Assembly: GCA_029856125.1 (NCBI GenBank)
Contig: JAHQWJ010000007.1
Span: 1-64,000 of the forward strand
Reading direction: 5' to 3'
Source: Promethearchaeia archaeon
GTDB lineage: Archaea > Asgardarchaeota > Lokiarchaeia > Sigyniarchaeales > SOKP01
DNA length: 64,000 nucleotides
Shown: positions 1 to 10,315 of the stretch, one piece after another
Layout of the letters: every line of letters starts with the position of its first letter
Numbering within the stretch: position 1 is the first letter of the stretch
Translations under genes and position numbers: made by a program
The notes under the pieces: model-generated
What the model was told of the DNA's origin: nothing
The model's input: only the letters and a program-made list of their open reading frames with translations
The model's database searches: none

Positions 1-123
1 CTTTGATTTCTTTTTTTCTTTTTTATATTATTTTTCCTTTCAGCTTTATAATTGGATATATATAAATAGAATAGAAGAGAGGAACTATAACTATTAAATA
101 GAAATTTATTTATAATAAATATA

Positions 124-1416
124 ATGCGCAAACGCAAATTAAATGAAATTGAATACTTAAACTGGCTTATTGGGCAGCCTTATAATATATGTATGGCTAT
201 TACAATTAAAGGGCATTTAAATAATGACTTACTACGGAAATCTTTAGAAAAAGTCCAAATAAAACATCCTATCTTACAAGCTCGGTTAGATGTGGATAAT
301 GAAGGACAACCTTATTTATTTTGGGGTCTTGAAGGTCTAATTCCAGTCGAAGTTATACCCCGAACACACGATGATCTCTGTAAGAAAATCGTAGAAGAAG
401 AATTTAATATCCCGTTTGAAACAGGTGTTAATAGCATTTCTCCATTAATCAGAGTTAAATTATTAACTTCAGAATCTCTCTCAGATATAGTTATAACCAT
501 ACCTCATGTTATAGGAGACGGTATGTCAATGCTATATCTTTTCCGGGATCTAGTTCTTTTTACGGTGAGTCCTAGGAAAAAAATTAAACCTCTTGAAGTA
601 ATAATGAATGCTGAAGATATTTTACCATTTTCTTATCGGAAAAAGATACCAAAAACTGCGAGAAAATTTAAAGCATTGGTTTGGCTTATTATGAAGCTGA
701 TAACCTTTCGAAATCTTTTTCGGAAAATCAAAAAAAAAAAATCAGAGAAAAATAAACCTAATATTGTTGATAGCAAGCAAAGGAGTCTTATAACTCGTGA
801 TTGGGTTTTAACTCTAGAACAATCGCAAACATTAATTAAAAAATGTAAAGAAGAAGGTGTAAGCGTACATAGCGCGTTGTGTACAATGTTCTTATCAGAC
901 TTCCCTGCAATATATAACGCTGTTAATTTAAGAAAGAAATTAGCGTATCCCGTAGGAGAATCTGTGGGGATATATGCCGGAAGATTAGAGGTAAAAGTTA
1001 AATACAAAAGAAGATCATCTTTTTGGAACACCGCTCAATTATATCATGAAAAATTAGTAGAAGGGCTGAAAAGTGAAAAAGTATTTAAAGTTTTTAAGTT
1101 AATTACGAGAAAAGTTCCATTTGAGGTATTTGAAGAGTTAATGTCATTAGATACAGCAGAAAGTAATCGTATTTGGATCACAAATCTTGGTTCTCTTGAT
1201 AAATTCAATGAACTCATCGCATCTAAAGGATTCATTATAAAAAATTTGTATGGAGGTGTTTCGCCAACTACCGGAGCGATCTTTGTTCCAGTTTTTACAA
1301 TAGATAAGAAAATCCATTTTCAATTGCATTGTTTAACACCACCTCATACAGAAGAAAAGATAGAAAAATATATCAATAACAGTCTTACTCAGTTAGAAAT
1401 AGCTCTTAATAATTAA
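124..1416 (+). CDS. Condensation-domain / CoA-dependent acyltransferase (PapA5 / alcohol acetyltransferase-like)
   Basis: HxxxDG catalytic motif (PHVIGDGMS), KHPILQAR, CKEEGVSVHSAL, ITNLG. Confidence 0.8.
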   Translation: MRKRKLNEIEYLNWLIGQPYNICMAITIKGHLNNDLLRKSLEKVQIKHPILQARLDVDNEGQPYLFWGLEGLIPVEVIPRTHDDLCKKIVEEEFNIPFETGVNSISPLIRVKLLTSESLSDIVITIPHVIGDGMSMLYLFRDLVLFTVSPRKKIKPLEVIMNAEDILPFSYRKKIPKTARKFKALVWLIMKLITFRNLFRKIKKKKSEKNKPNIVDSKQRSLITRDWVLTLEQSQTLIKKCKEEGVSVHSALCTMFLSDFPAIYNAVNLRKKLAYPVGESVGIYAGRLEVKVKYKRRSSFWNTAQLYHEKLVEGLKSEKVFKVFKLITRKVPFEVFEELMSLDTAESNRIWITNLGSLDKFNELIASKGFIIKNLYGGVSPTTGAIFVPVFTIDKKIHFQLHCLTPPHTEEKIEKYINNSLTQLEIALNN

Positions 1417-1460
1417 GGATTCGAGAAAGTTCTACTTAAATTTGTATTGTATCCTCAATG

Positions 1461-2969
1461 CTAACTATTTTCCTGCCTTAATATTAGTTCTGCTGCACTT
1501 CTTCCTGAATGTATAACTGCTGGGATGCCTGAAGGACCTGTCCAATGCCCAGCAATAAGTAATCCTTGTACGAATGGAATTATTTGCTTCCAAGATTTAA
1601 TTTGCGTATAATGCCATCCTACTGCAGCTCCATTATGGTTTAATGTGTATCGGTGCATTGTTATTGGTGTAGCGATATCAATATCCAATATGTGATTGCT
1701 TAAATCTGGGATAAGTTCTTCTGCTCTTTCAATTAACTTAAAGGCGAATTTTTCCTTCAATTTCTTATAATCTTCCCCTCTTTGTAGGTTAGGACCGGTT
1801 TTCCAATAGTCTTCGTAATCAAAGGTTGCAATGGTTGCCAACTGTATGCCATATGTGTTAGGCTCGACATTATCTGTTTTGTAATGTGGGATGGTAATAA
1901 CAAAACCTGCTTTCTCGGGATTATTGGGAACAAGATTTTCCTCTATTTTAAAGGACGATCCTGCGAAAAATTCTGATTTATTAAATCCATAGACTTCAGG
2001 ATTTATATCTAAAACAAGTGAAACTATAAAAAATGTATCAGAAAGCGGAACTGAATTAATTCGTTTTTTAAATTTACTTGGAACGAGTTCAGGTTTCAGG
2101 AACTTACAAAATGTTTGATGGGGGTCCACTGTAGAAACAACAAATTTTGATTTAAGTTCATTATTGTTTTTTAGTTTTACACCCACAATGTTCTTGTCTT
2201 GAACCATAATGTTACTAACCTCTTGAGAAAGGAGAATCTCTCCACCGTTTTTCTCTAACGCCTCAGAAAACGCTTGAGCAACCTTTTTAGCTCCTCCAAC
2301 AGGGTGGAAAGCTCTCTCATTCAAAGCAAATCCAATTAGGGCGAGCATTCCAACTGCAGAAATACCTTCTATTGGTGCTATTGAGTGGAGAGAACTCCGC
2401 AATCCCTTTAGTTCTTCTCCAGGAAATAGATCTTGTAGCAAACTTGCTGCTGACTTAAGGCCGTACCTAAAAATTCTCCGAGAATTGAGCAAAAACTTAA
2501 TTTTTGATATAAACTTCGGAAAAAAACTCAATAATTCTTGATTTTGATATTTCATTGAACTTATCTCGTGATCAATATCTAAGGATAATCGAATTAACTT
2601 ATCTAGTGATTCTTCCTTAACATTAGGAAAAGACCTTTTAATTGCATTCTTAAACTCTTCTTTATCCTTTGTTAATATAATATCAGAGTCATTTGTTGTG
2701 TTAATATAATGAGATAAAGGTTCATGAGGATCAAATTTTAAGGGTGGCATGTTTAATTCTTCTAGCGCTTTATTTACATCTTGTGGTCCAATCGTCCAAT
2801 GAGCTGTGATATCAAAAATAATTCCCTTTCTTATAAAAGACGTCCAATACCCTCCGGGGAGAGAATTTTGTTCAATAACAATTACTTTTTTACCTGCTTT
2901 AGCGAGATAAGCTCCAGCAGTTAGACCAGTAATTCCTCCTCCAATAATTATGGTGTGATAATCAGTCAT
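1461..2969 (-). CDS. Phytoene desaturase-family FAD-dependent oxidoreductase
   Basis: GGGITGL...EQNSLPGG Rossmann motif, HPVGG, ATPITMHRYT, GHWTGP-GIPAV. Confidence 0.85.
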   Translation of the reverse strand: MTDYHTIIIGGGITGLTAGAYLAKAGKKVIVIEQNSLPGGYWTSFIRKGIIFDITAHWTIGPQDVNKALEELNMPPLKFDPHEPLSHYINTTNDSDIILTKDKEEFKNAIKRSFPNVKEESLDKLIRLSLDIDHEISSMKYQNQELLSFFPKFISKIKFLLNSRRIFRYGLKSAASLLQDLFPGEELKGLRSSLHSIAPIEGISAVGMLALIGFALNERAFHPVGGAKKVAQAFSEALEKNGGEILLSQEVSNIMVQDKNIVGVKLKNNNELKSKFVVSTVDPHQTFCKFLKPELVPSKFKKRINSVPLSDTFFIVSLVLDINPEVYGFNKSEFFAGSSFKIEENLVPNNPEKAGFVITIPHYKTDNVEPNTYGIQLATIATFDYEDYWKTGPNLQRGEDYKKLKEKFAFKLIERAEELIPDLSNHILDIDIATPITMHRYTLNHNGAAVGWHYTQIKSWKQIIPFVQGLLIAGHWTGPSGIPAVIHSGRSAAELILRQENS

Positions 2970-3047
2970 GTTTGTACTCCTATTTTTCTAACCTCTAAAT
3001 TTTTTAATAATTTTCAAGTTAAGATGATGCCCAACCTTTTTTTAAAA

Positions 3048-3508
3048 TTATAGAAAAAATGAGACAGCATTATCTAATTTATCAAAAATTCCAATTGTAA
3101 TAATTTTTTCTGGTTTTATAATAATTCTGGTTGATTGTTCAAAACCTTCCGCCGTTAACTTTTTATATATTTTTTTTGTAATCCAACCGTGATATGAAAG
3201 GAATTCTTCAAAATTTTCTTGATTTAAAGGACCTAACTCTGCCTTACCTTTCATATAATTGCTTTAGGAATCTTTAGGAGCCCCGTTGCATCAAATGTTA
3301 ACCAAACGCGATCGTTCTGCTTGATATTACTAATTTTTTTTGTTTTTTTTTTTTCTATGATTATTATGTCTAATTCGGAAGTTACCGTGTGCTGAACGAT
3401 GGTTGTATGAGGTTCTCCCTCAGAACAGGTACTTAGCATACAGAATGTAACACCAGAGATTACATTCCTAATTTTTTTCTTATGATCTTCATTAATTTTT
3501 TCAATCAT
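3048..3508 (-). pseudogene. Pyridoxamine 5'-phosphate oxidase-like FMN-binding protein, frameshifted
   Basis: ORFs 3251-3508 and 3048-3254 join into one PNPOx-like protein (LSTCSEGEPH...KISNIKQNDRVWL...KGKAEL...IIIKPEKI) if one T is restored at GCA ATT [T]AT ATG. Confidence 0.7.
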
Positions 3509-3647
3509 TTTTTTTCACTATAGGACATATGTTGAAACTTAAGAATTATAGAAACTTGGAACAATTATAAAAATTATCAAAGAAAAATCTCTCTTCACTA
3601 GAATTTTCTAGGAAAAAACTTTTCAGTCATCTTAAATTCCATAATTA

Positions 3648-4298
3648 ATGGATATAGCTGTCATACTTATTACTTACGGCATTTTGTTTATCGGAGAGTT
3701 AGGAGATAAAACGCAATTAATTGTGTTTAACCTCGCTTTAGAGTATAAAAAGTTCTATAAAGTGGGAATCGGTGCGACTCTCGGATTCGCAGTAATCGTA
3801 ACTATAGGAATTGTTTTTGGTTCGTTAATTACAGAGTTTGTTCCTTTGGGACTAATATCTTTAATTTCTGGGCTATTATTTATTGCAATTGGCTTATTTG
3901 AATTGCGGAACATAAAATCGCTTTATTTAAATGAGAGGGGATTAAAATCCGATAATAACCGTATTAAGCAAACCAATAGTGAAAAAGAAGAAATAGAATC
4001 TAAAAATGATGCTAAGTTTGGGTGGCTTAAAAAAAATCCATACCTTGCTGGGTTTGGGTTTATATTTCTTATGGAATTAGGAGATAAAACCCAGCTTTTA
4101 ACGATAACACTCGCCTCAATCTATGCTGCCCCATTCGAAGTTTGGTTAGGTGCATTTTTAGCTCTTGTTAGCGTAGCTTGGATTGGTATTTTTGCCGGTG
4201 CCGCAATTGCTAAAAAAGTTCCCAAATTTTATCTTAAAGTGGTTGCCGTGTCAATTTTTATCTTAGTAGGCATACTGGTTTTGATAAGCGCTTTTTAA
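3648..4298 (+). CDS. TMEM165/GDT1 (UPF0016) Ca2+/Mn2+ transporter
   Basis: Two ELGDKTQL motifs in duplicated hydrophobic halves. Confidence 0.92.
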   Translation: MDIAVILITYGILFIGELGDKTQLIVFNLALEYKKFYKVGIGATLGFAVIVTIGIVFGSLITEFVPLGLISLISGLLFIAIGLFELRNIKSLYLNERGLKSDNNRIKQTNSEKEEIESKNDAKFGWLKKNPYLAGFGFIFLMELGDKTQLLTITLASIYAAPFEVWLGAFLALVSVAWIGIFAGAAIAKKVPKFYLKVVAVSIFILVGILVLISAF

Positions 4299-4363
4299 GT
4301 CTTTTTTTTACTCCATAGTATTTCTTTTTTTCCATTTCCAAGCATTTTTATTATGCTTTGGAA

Positions 4364-4852
4364 TCACACTTCTTTATCAACGCCTTTAATCCAGACGATA
4401 GCCTTTTCCTTGTTTTCATCGGATTCTTTCTTCAAAGGTTGCTGAAAAGAAATGCTTTCAACTATGTTGGCATTTTTTAGAGCTTCCTTAAATCTTTCCA
4501 TTGCTTTTACTCCGTCTCCTGCGTGACACATCCAAAGTGCTACCTTTTTACCTGTGAGGTCAAACTTAGACAAGAATGAACGCATAGGTGGACTAATATT
4601 CCACGCCCACACCGGTGTTCCTAGAATTATAAGGTCGTATTCAAGGGGATTAATATCAAAGTCCATTAATTTTGGTGTTTTTTTCATGGTAGACTGATAC
4701 CCGCCCCACATAAATCTCGTACCGCTACCAGCTTTAAGCTCTTTAATAGGCTTTAATTCGAGAATATCGGCTTCAATTGTATCCCTTAGAGCTTCCGCAA
4801 TAAACTGCGTATTGCCCGTCAGAGAATAGTAAACTATCAATATTTTTGACAT
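4364..4852 (-). CDS. Flavodoxin
   Basis: YYSLTGNT FMN loop, LGTPVW. Confidence 0.9.
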   Translation of the reverse strand: MSKILIVYYSLTGNTQFIAEALRDTIEADILELKPIKELKAGSGTRFMWGGYQSTMKKTPKLMDFDINPLEYDLIILGTPVWAWNISPPMRSFLSKFDLTGKKVALWMCHAGDGVKAMERFKEALKNANIVESISFQQPLKKESDENKEKAIVWIKGVDKEV

Positions 4853-4870
4853 TTTTTATACCTCTTTTTT

Positions 4871-5554
4871 TTAGTCTTCTCTTGGTTTCAATCCTTCTGC
4901 GATCATTTCAAACACAAAATCTATAATATCATCGCCATCGAACTCCATTGTTTCCAATGTTTTCTGATGTTGCTCTAGTTCTTTCATGATTCCACTGGTC
5001 ACCATAAATAACGTGAATCCAATCAAAAAGGGATCTTTGTCAGAGCGTATAGATCTAATTTTTATAGCTTTGATGATGACATCTCTAAATTGTTCTCCAT
5101 ATGCTTCGCTTCTATTTAGGTACTCCTTTTCATTTGCTGTGAGGTTATCCTTCGCTTTTTGAGCAACATTTGGAAGTTTTATAGCAATGTCGTGAAAAAT
5201 ATGGGCGTAATCGGGATAATTCTTAGTAAATTCGTAATATGCGTACCCAACAGCCTTTAATTGATCTACACCAGGATCCTTGCTCTCAACGAAATATTTA
5301 GTGTAATCAATTATAATTTCATATGCTTTCGTTCCAATAGCTAGATACAAATCATCTTTTGATTTAAAGTAATTATAAAGCGTTCCCTTGCTGAATTCTG
5401 CTTCATTAGCAATTTGACTCATAGTTGTGTCTTCGTAACCATTAGCGAGAAATAATTTTTCTGCGGCTTCAATTATATTTTGTTTCCTTAAATCTGTTTC
5501 CCTTTGTTTTCTGCTTGTTTTCTTATCTTCAATATTATCCATTTTATACACCAT
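4871..5554 (-). CDS. TetR/AcrR family transcriptional regulator
   Basis: IIEAAEKLF...GYEDTTMSQIANEAEFSKGTLYNYFKSKDDL HTH. Confidence 0.93.
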   Translation of the reverse strand: MVYKMDNIEDKKTSRKQRETDLRKQNIIEAAEKLFLANGYEDTTMSQIANEAEFSKGTLYNYFKSKDDLYLAIGTKAYEIIIDYTKYFVESKDPGVDQLKAVGYAYYEFTKNYPDYAHIFHDIAIKLPNVAQKAKDNLTANEKEYLNRSEAYGEQFRDVIIKAIKIRSIRSDKDPFLIGFTLFMVTSGIMKELEQHQKTLETMEFDGDDIIDFVFEMIAEGLKPRED

Positions 5555-5565
5555 AAAAACTTAAA

Positions 5566-5661
5566 TGACTATCAGTTCAAGTTTTGACCAAGAGTCTATT
5601 ATTAAGTAACAATAATCAGAATACTATATAAACTTTTGGTTCAAAAAATGACCGTTGGTCA
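5566..5661. promoter_or_regulatory. Three TGAC-N5-GTCA-type sites around the tetR promoter (putative autoregulatory operators)
   Basis: Perfect TGACCGTTGGTCA at 5649-5661; degenerate copies at 5585-5597 and 5566-5578; minus-strand AAAAGTTTATATA BRE/TATA near 5625-5637. Confidence 0.6.
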
Positions 5662-5672
5662 AAAACATTTTA

Positions 5673-6323
5673 TTAACAAACAATATATCCTTGATCTTCC
5701 CAAGCTTTTCTCATTACAGAATTCCGTTTTAGATATTCATTAATTACTTCTTTTGAGACATTATTTAAAGGACAGCTAAAATTAGGACATTTTGAACAAC
5801 TCAAGAAATGCATTGAGATAAACCATATTAGTGATAAAACTAATGATATCCAAAAATAGATATATAATTCAGTTATAATAAATAAAATTAGAGGAATGAT
5901 CGCAAACAAGGCTATACTTATTAAAAATTGAATCTTCTCAGAGCTAGACATAGGAGCAGGATTATATTTCCATGCTTTATGGATTCCATAGTTAGCATAA
6001 CATTTTACATACTTATCTTCCTCGAAAGCATAGTAAGGACAGTGGCTACAGAGGATTTTATTTTCCCAAAATTGAAAAAAAACTATTAAATAAACAATAT
6101 ACCCTACAGAGAACGCGATTAATAAAGTAAGATTAATTTTCCTCGAAAAAAAGCCAAATGACAATCCCAAAATCCAAGTAACCCATACGCTCAAAACAGG
6201 AACAACAAAGCAAATTGTATCTTTAATATTAAATGAGCACATTAATTTTCCATTTACAGAGCAGCTTTCACAATTTGAATACTCTTCATCACATATTTTA
6301 CGAGTTTGAGCTTTTACTTTCAT
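5673..6323 (-). CDS. Cys-rich 4-TM membrane protein, uncharacterised
   Basis: Four hydrophobic segments; CSHCPYY and CSKCPNFSCPLN motifs. Confidence 0.65.
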   Translation of the reverse strand: MKVKAQTRKICDEEYSNCESCSVNGKLMCSFNIKDTICFVVPVLSVWVTWILGLSFGFFSRKINLTLLIAFSVGYIVYLIVFFQFWENKILCSHCPYYAFEEDKYVKCYANYGIHKAWKYNPAPMSSSEKIQFLISIALFAIIPLILFIITELYIYFWISLVLSLIWFISMHFLSCSKCPNFSCPLNNVSKEVINEYLKRNSVMRKAWEDQGYIVC

Positions 6324-6416
6324 AAAAGTTTGCTCCTTCTATCTTAAGAATCAAAAAAAAGAATCTTCCTTGCTTTCAATGGTTTTCTCATAGCTCTAAT
6401 ATTTTTGATGAATATT

Positions 6417-7049
6417 TTATTGTTTTGATTTTCGGTTTTTTTTCTCTTTTTTCCTCTTTTTCTTCCCAATTAAAGCATTTTTCTTTGCTTTTCGAGATGA
6501 GCTAGTTATTGCCGGTTCTGTTGGAGGAGGAGAGCGTTCTAACATTAATTTTGAGATTGCTTCAAACATTTTTTCTACATTTTTCCCAGATTTAATGCTG
6601 CATTCAATAAAACCATCTAATTCAAGTAAGTTTGCTAGTCTTCTACCCTCTTCAGCAGTAATCTGTCTTTCTTTTTCTGAGTCTGGGATAATCCCTACGG
6701 CTATTATAGGCAAAACTTCTTCCTTAGTAAGTTCTTCCTTAACAAGAGTAAGCCAAAAATTAATATTGGTAAGAGAAGATTTCTCAGTAACATCGTAAAC
6801 AAATAAACATCCTCGAGCATAGCTAATATAAGTAGGAAGGAAAGATCTAAACCTCTCTTCGCCGCTTATATCCCACATCTGTAATTTTATCTTATAATTC
6901 TCTACTGAAAGGCTTTTCACTTCGAAATCTACGCCAATTGTATCCTCTTTGCCTTCGGAAAATAAGTTAATCATAAATTTTTGAGTCAACATCTTTTTCC
7001 CTTCAGTATCGTCGCCAAATAATAAGATTTTAAAATTAGCATCATACAT
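6417..7049 (-). CDS. Rab-like small GTPase, degenerate, with polybasic tail
   Basis: FKILLFGDDTEGKK, TIGVDF, LQMWDISGEERF, ECSIKSGKNV; G1 and G4 altered; K/R-rich C-terminus. Confidence 0.85.
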   Translation of the reverse strand: MYDANFKILLFGDDTEGKKMLTQKFMINLFSEGKEDTIGVDFEVKSLSVENYKIKLQMWDISGEERFRSFLPTYISYARGCLFVYDVTEKSSLTNINFWLTLVKEELTKEEVLPIIAVGIIPDSEKERQITAEEGRRLANLLELDGFIECSIKSGKNVEKMFEAISKLMLERSPPPTEPAITSSSRKAKKNALIGKKKRKKEKKNRKSKQ

Positions 7050-7156
7050 CGTTTTTGATTACCTCAAATGTATAATATGAATGTATATTCCTAATCTATA
7101 TAACTTTTTATAAAAAACAGATAAATGAAGAGAATAAAAAAAAAAGTATTTATTAT

Positions 7157-7645
7157 TTAAGCAGGATAAGATTGTATCCATAGTGAAGCTTGTCTGATAA
7201 AGTTCCCTACCCTTTCCGTAAGTACAACAACTGTAATATTATATATTCCTGGCGTGGTTAAAGTAAAAAAGTGCTGTAGTGAGACGGTGGAGTATTCATA
7301 ATTAGTGTTGCTTTCCAAACCTCCAGTTCGAGCCCATGGCATCTCAGTTTGTTGTACATCGTTTATCATAAAGTAAAACCAGAGATCCGAATAACTAGCA
7401 ACATCACCAAGACATCTTGCGCTACAGGTAAATAACAGATGAAGAGACACTGGACCCCCAGATTCAAAGACTAATGCTAAATTTGGAATAGGTATATATA
7501 CCATAGCGGGATTAGGTGTGAACTCAGTGTCATGATAACTATAGTAATTTGTAGGTTGGTTAATAAAACTGACAAATCCCAATCCTAATCCACTTGCTCC
7601 GAGCAGTAAAGCTAATAATCCGAGGATAATTCCTCCTTTCCCCAT
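7157..7645 (-). CDS. Membrane-anchored hypothetical protein
   Basis: N-terminal Gly/Leu-rich TM followed by a beta-rich domain; GAGGT SD upstream. Confidence 0.6.
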   Translation of the reverse strand: MGKGGIILGLLALLLGASGLGLGFVSFINQPTNYYSYHDTEFTPNPAMVYIPIPNLALVFESGGPVSLHLLFTCSARCLGDVASYSDLWFYFMINDVQQTEMPWARTGGLESNTNYEYSTVSLQHFFTLTTPGIYNITVVVLTERVGNFIRQASLWIQSYPA

Positions 7646-7838
7646 AATTCTATAACCTCATTATAAAAATATTTAGTTTGTTACTTTTTTGTAGATTATA
7701 AGAATCAATTACCTAACCACTATTATAAATTTTTAGTACCTGGTTTTAAAAAATCTAATTGCAGAACACTAAACATAGTATCCGATTGATAATTGAAGAG
7801 TAGTAAAGTTTAATTTTAAAATACAAAATTAAAGAATT

Positions 7839-8447
7839 ATGATACTATTTCAAATTTTGGCAATTTGTGGAATGCTTAGTCCGATCGTATATACTGCGAT
7901 GTGGATATATGTTGGCAGTTTAGATTCGGAATACAGTCATATTCGAGACGATATTAGTTCACTTTTTGCAATAGACGCCCCTAACCAACGCTTAGCGCAA
8001 ATATTTATAATAGTTTCCAGCGTACTATTATTTGTATTTTATCTTGGATTGCATGATGGCTTAAACGATGGAGGAGGGTCAATTATCGGACCAATTTTAC
8101 TTGTTATTAGCTCAATTTTAGGAGTTCTCGTTGCTATCTTTTTTCCTCTTGATGTTGGAGGTGAAATAAAGACTTACAAGGGTAAAATGCACATACTCCT
8201 TGTGGTTGCATCGGGAATATTAACGATTATAGGGATGGTGGCGCTGTGGCTTCGATTACAATTCGTAGTAGCCTGGAGTGCTTTTGCTATCTTTTCACTA
8301 ATAATGGCTATAGTTTCATTAATTCTTATAATTATATCAGGTATCTTTGCAACAGGTAAATACCGGGGGATATTAGAAAGATTTGGAGTGACCCCTTATC
8401 AGCTTTACTACTTTGTTCTTGGTCTGATGGTATTTCTGGTTAACTAA
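7839..8447 (+). CDS. DUF998-like membrane protein
   Basis: YSHIRDDISSL, FPLD, KMH, GILER motifs; about 5 TMs. Confidence 0.75.
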   Translation: MILFQILAICGMLSPIVYTAMWIYVGSLDSEYSHIRDDISSLFAIDAPNQRLAQIFIIVSSVLLFVFYLGLHDGLNDGGGSIIGPILLVISSILGVLVAIFFPLDVGGEIKTYKGKMHILLVVASGILTIIGMVALWLRLQFVVAWSAFAIFSLIMAIVSLILIIISGIFATGKYRGILERFGVTPYQLYYFVLGLMVFLVN

Positions 8448-8480
8448 TCAAAAAAAATCAAAATACTCATAGATATTTCA

Positions 8481-9260
8481 TCATTTGGTTTGACAAAATG
8501 GACAAAAAAAACCGTGACGCCCTGAAATTTCAAAACGGGTGATATCGCTATTACAGGTTGGGCATTTTTCTTCTTTCTTACGATGGGGAATTAAAAACTC
8601 GTTTGGATAAGAGCTTAAATCGCCTTTTTTCTCTATTCCAAATTCCAATACATCTTTAATATTTGTGTATAACTCTTTTATTTTACCTTCACTTAACGCA
8701 TTAATATTAGTTTTAGGGTGTATCTTTGTTCTGAACAGGATCTCGTCAGAATAAATATTGCCAACTCCAGCAATAAAACTTTGATTTAATAGAGCGTTTT
8801 TAGCGATCGCTTTTCTTCCATGTAAAGCTTCTTGAAATTCTTCAAAGGACATTTTGTACGCGTCTGGGCCTAATTTTTTATTTTCAATGAATTCCTCACG
8901 TGAATTAACGATTGATAGTTTACCGAACATCCTAATAGAGATATACGCTAAATTAAAGCCGTTGTTGAATTTTAAAATAACCTTACTGAATTTAGGAGGG
9001 TCGTCCTTGTTGTTGTAATACTCTAAGTCTCCACTCATCCCAAAGTGCATTACTAGAAATTGGGGTTTCAAATATACAAGAAGATACTTACCGTGCCTAA
9101 TTGATGACTCAAATCGTTTACCTTTTAAAGCCCTTCTTAAATAAATCTCTTCCGTATTCAATATTCTATGATCGGTAACTTGGATTTCCTTAATTAATTG
9201 CTTTAAGGATGTTTGATCTAAATACTGCTTGAAGGTTTCTACTTCAGGAAGTTCTGGCAT
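8481..9260 (-). CDS. mutM: Formamidopyrimidine-DNA glycosylase (Fpg/Nei)
   Basis: MPELPEVE N-terminus, RHGKYL, HFGMSG, LLNQSFIAGVGNIYSDEILF H2TH, C-terminal CPTC...CPFCQ zinc finger. Confidence 0.95.
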   Translation of the reverse strand: MPELPEVETFKQYLDQTSLKQLIKEIQVTDHRILNTEEIYLRRALKGKRFESSIRHGKYLLVYLKPQFLVMHFGMSGDLEYYNNKDDPPKFSKVILKFNNGFNLAYISIRMFGKLSIVNSREEFIENKKLGPDAYKMSFEEFQEALHGRKAIAKNALLNQSFIAGVGNIYSDEILFRTKIHPKTNINALSEGKIKELYTNIKDVLEFGIEKKGDLSSYPNEFLIPHRKKEEKCPTCNSDITRFEISGRHGFFCPFCQTK

Positions 9261-9287
9261 GGTTAAAAATATTTAAATTAAAGTATG

Positions 9288-9674
9288 TTAAGCCATTATC
9301 GCAACTATAAAACAACATATAGCAGATATTAGTGACAAGGGAGTCATTATTAGCTTTTCTTTTTTACTTTTTGACATCGCGTTTAAAAATGTATTAAAGG
9401 CTAAATATACAGCAATAACCCAGACGATAACCAAAACAAAAATTGGATTGTTGAAGATAATTATTATACCTGCTCGCTCTAACACTGATAATGAGGCTAA
9501 AACAAAAATTCCAATGGCAACTATGCTCATTATCCTCATGTTAGTAGGAAGCCTTTCATATTTCCCTCCAAAAGCCAGTTTGCCTAATGCTAATCCCAGC
9601 GCAAGAAGTAATTGGATAACGCTTACTACGGCAAAAACAACAACAGCAATTAAAGCTGCAATTAATACAATCAT
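9288..9674 (-). CDS. Small multi-TM membrane protein
   Basis: QLLLALG...AFGG and NTFLNAMSKSKKEK motifs; 4 TMs. Confidence 0.65.
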   Translation of the reverse strand: MIVLIAALIAVVVFAVVSVIQLLLALGLALGKLAFGGKYERLPTNMRIMSIVAIGIFVLASLSVLERAGIIIIFNNPIFVLVIVWVIAVYLAFNTFLNAMSKSKKEKLIMTPLSLISAICCFIVAIMA

Positions 9675-9749
9675 GAAATATTTCCTAAATTAATGTATAG
9701 CTATTAAATATTAATTATTGTATTACAAACCTTATGAAGATTTTTTTCT

Positions 9750-10166
9750 TCAAGGTTTTTCTTTCTTCATATGTTTAACAGATTCAGAAAGAAGTTCTTT
9801 TAAACTTCGCATATTTACATCTTTAAGTTTATTGATATAAAGACACGATTTTCCCGTTTTAAATTTACCAAGGTTTTCAAGGATTTCTTCGTACTTATCA
9901 AAACCCGACATGATGTATAGAGTTAAATTTTGTTTACGAGGCGAAAAACCCACTAATGGCCAATCTCCTTCTCGACCGCTTGCGTATTTATAGTGATAGC
10001 TTCCAAATCCAACGATACTTTCACCCCACATTATGGGTTCCTCATTAGTAACCTCCTTCATTAATTCTAAAATCTTAAAGCTATCCTCTTTTTTAGTTGG
10101 ATTTTCAACTTTTTTAAGAAACTGTTCGACGCTTTTAATGGTTGGTTTTGTTTTTAGCTCAGTCAT
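9750..10166 (-). CDS. DUF1801 (YdhG-like) protein
   Basis: MWGESIVGFGSYHYKYASGREG, GFSPRKQNLTLY, GKSCLYINKL. Confidence 0.88.
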   Translation of the reverse strand: MTELKTKPTIKSVEQFLKKVENPTKKEDSFKILELMKEVTNEEPIMWGESIVGFGSYHYKYASGREGDWPLVGFSPRKQNLTLYIMSGFDKYEEILENLGKFKTGKSCLYINKLKDVNMRSLKELLSESVKHMKKEKP

Positions 10167-10315
10167 AGAAATTAAGGGTGAATTATAGTATTAAAATGTT
10201 ATAATAATAGGATAAAGTTTGCATGAAGGTTGAATAAGACGATCTAATAATATAATGCTGAGGGATTCTGATAAAAGAGATACTTTTTTAGATAGAAACC
10301 ATTCTTTTTTATTTA

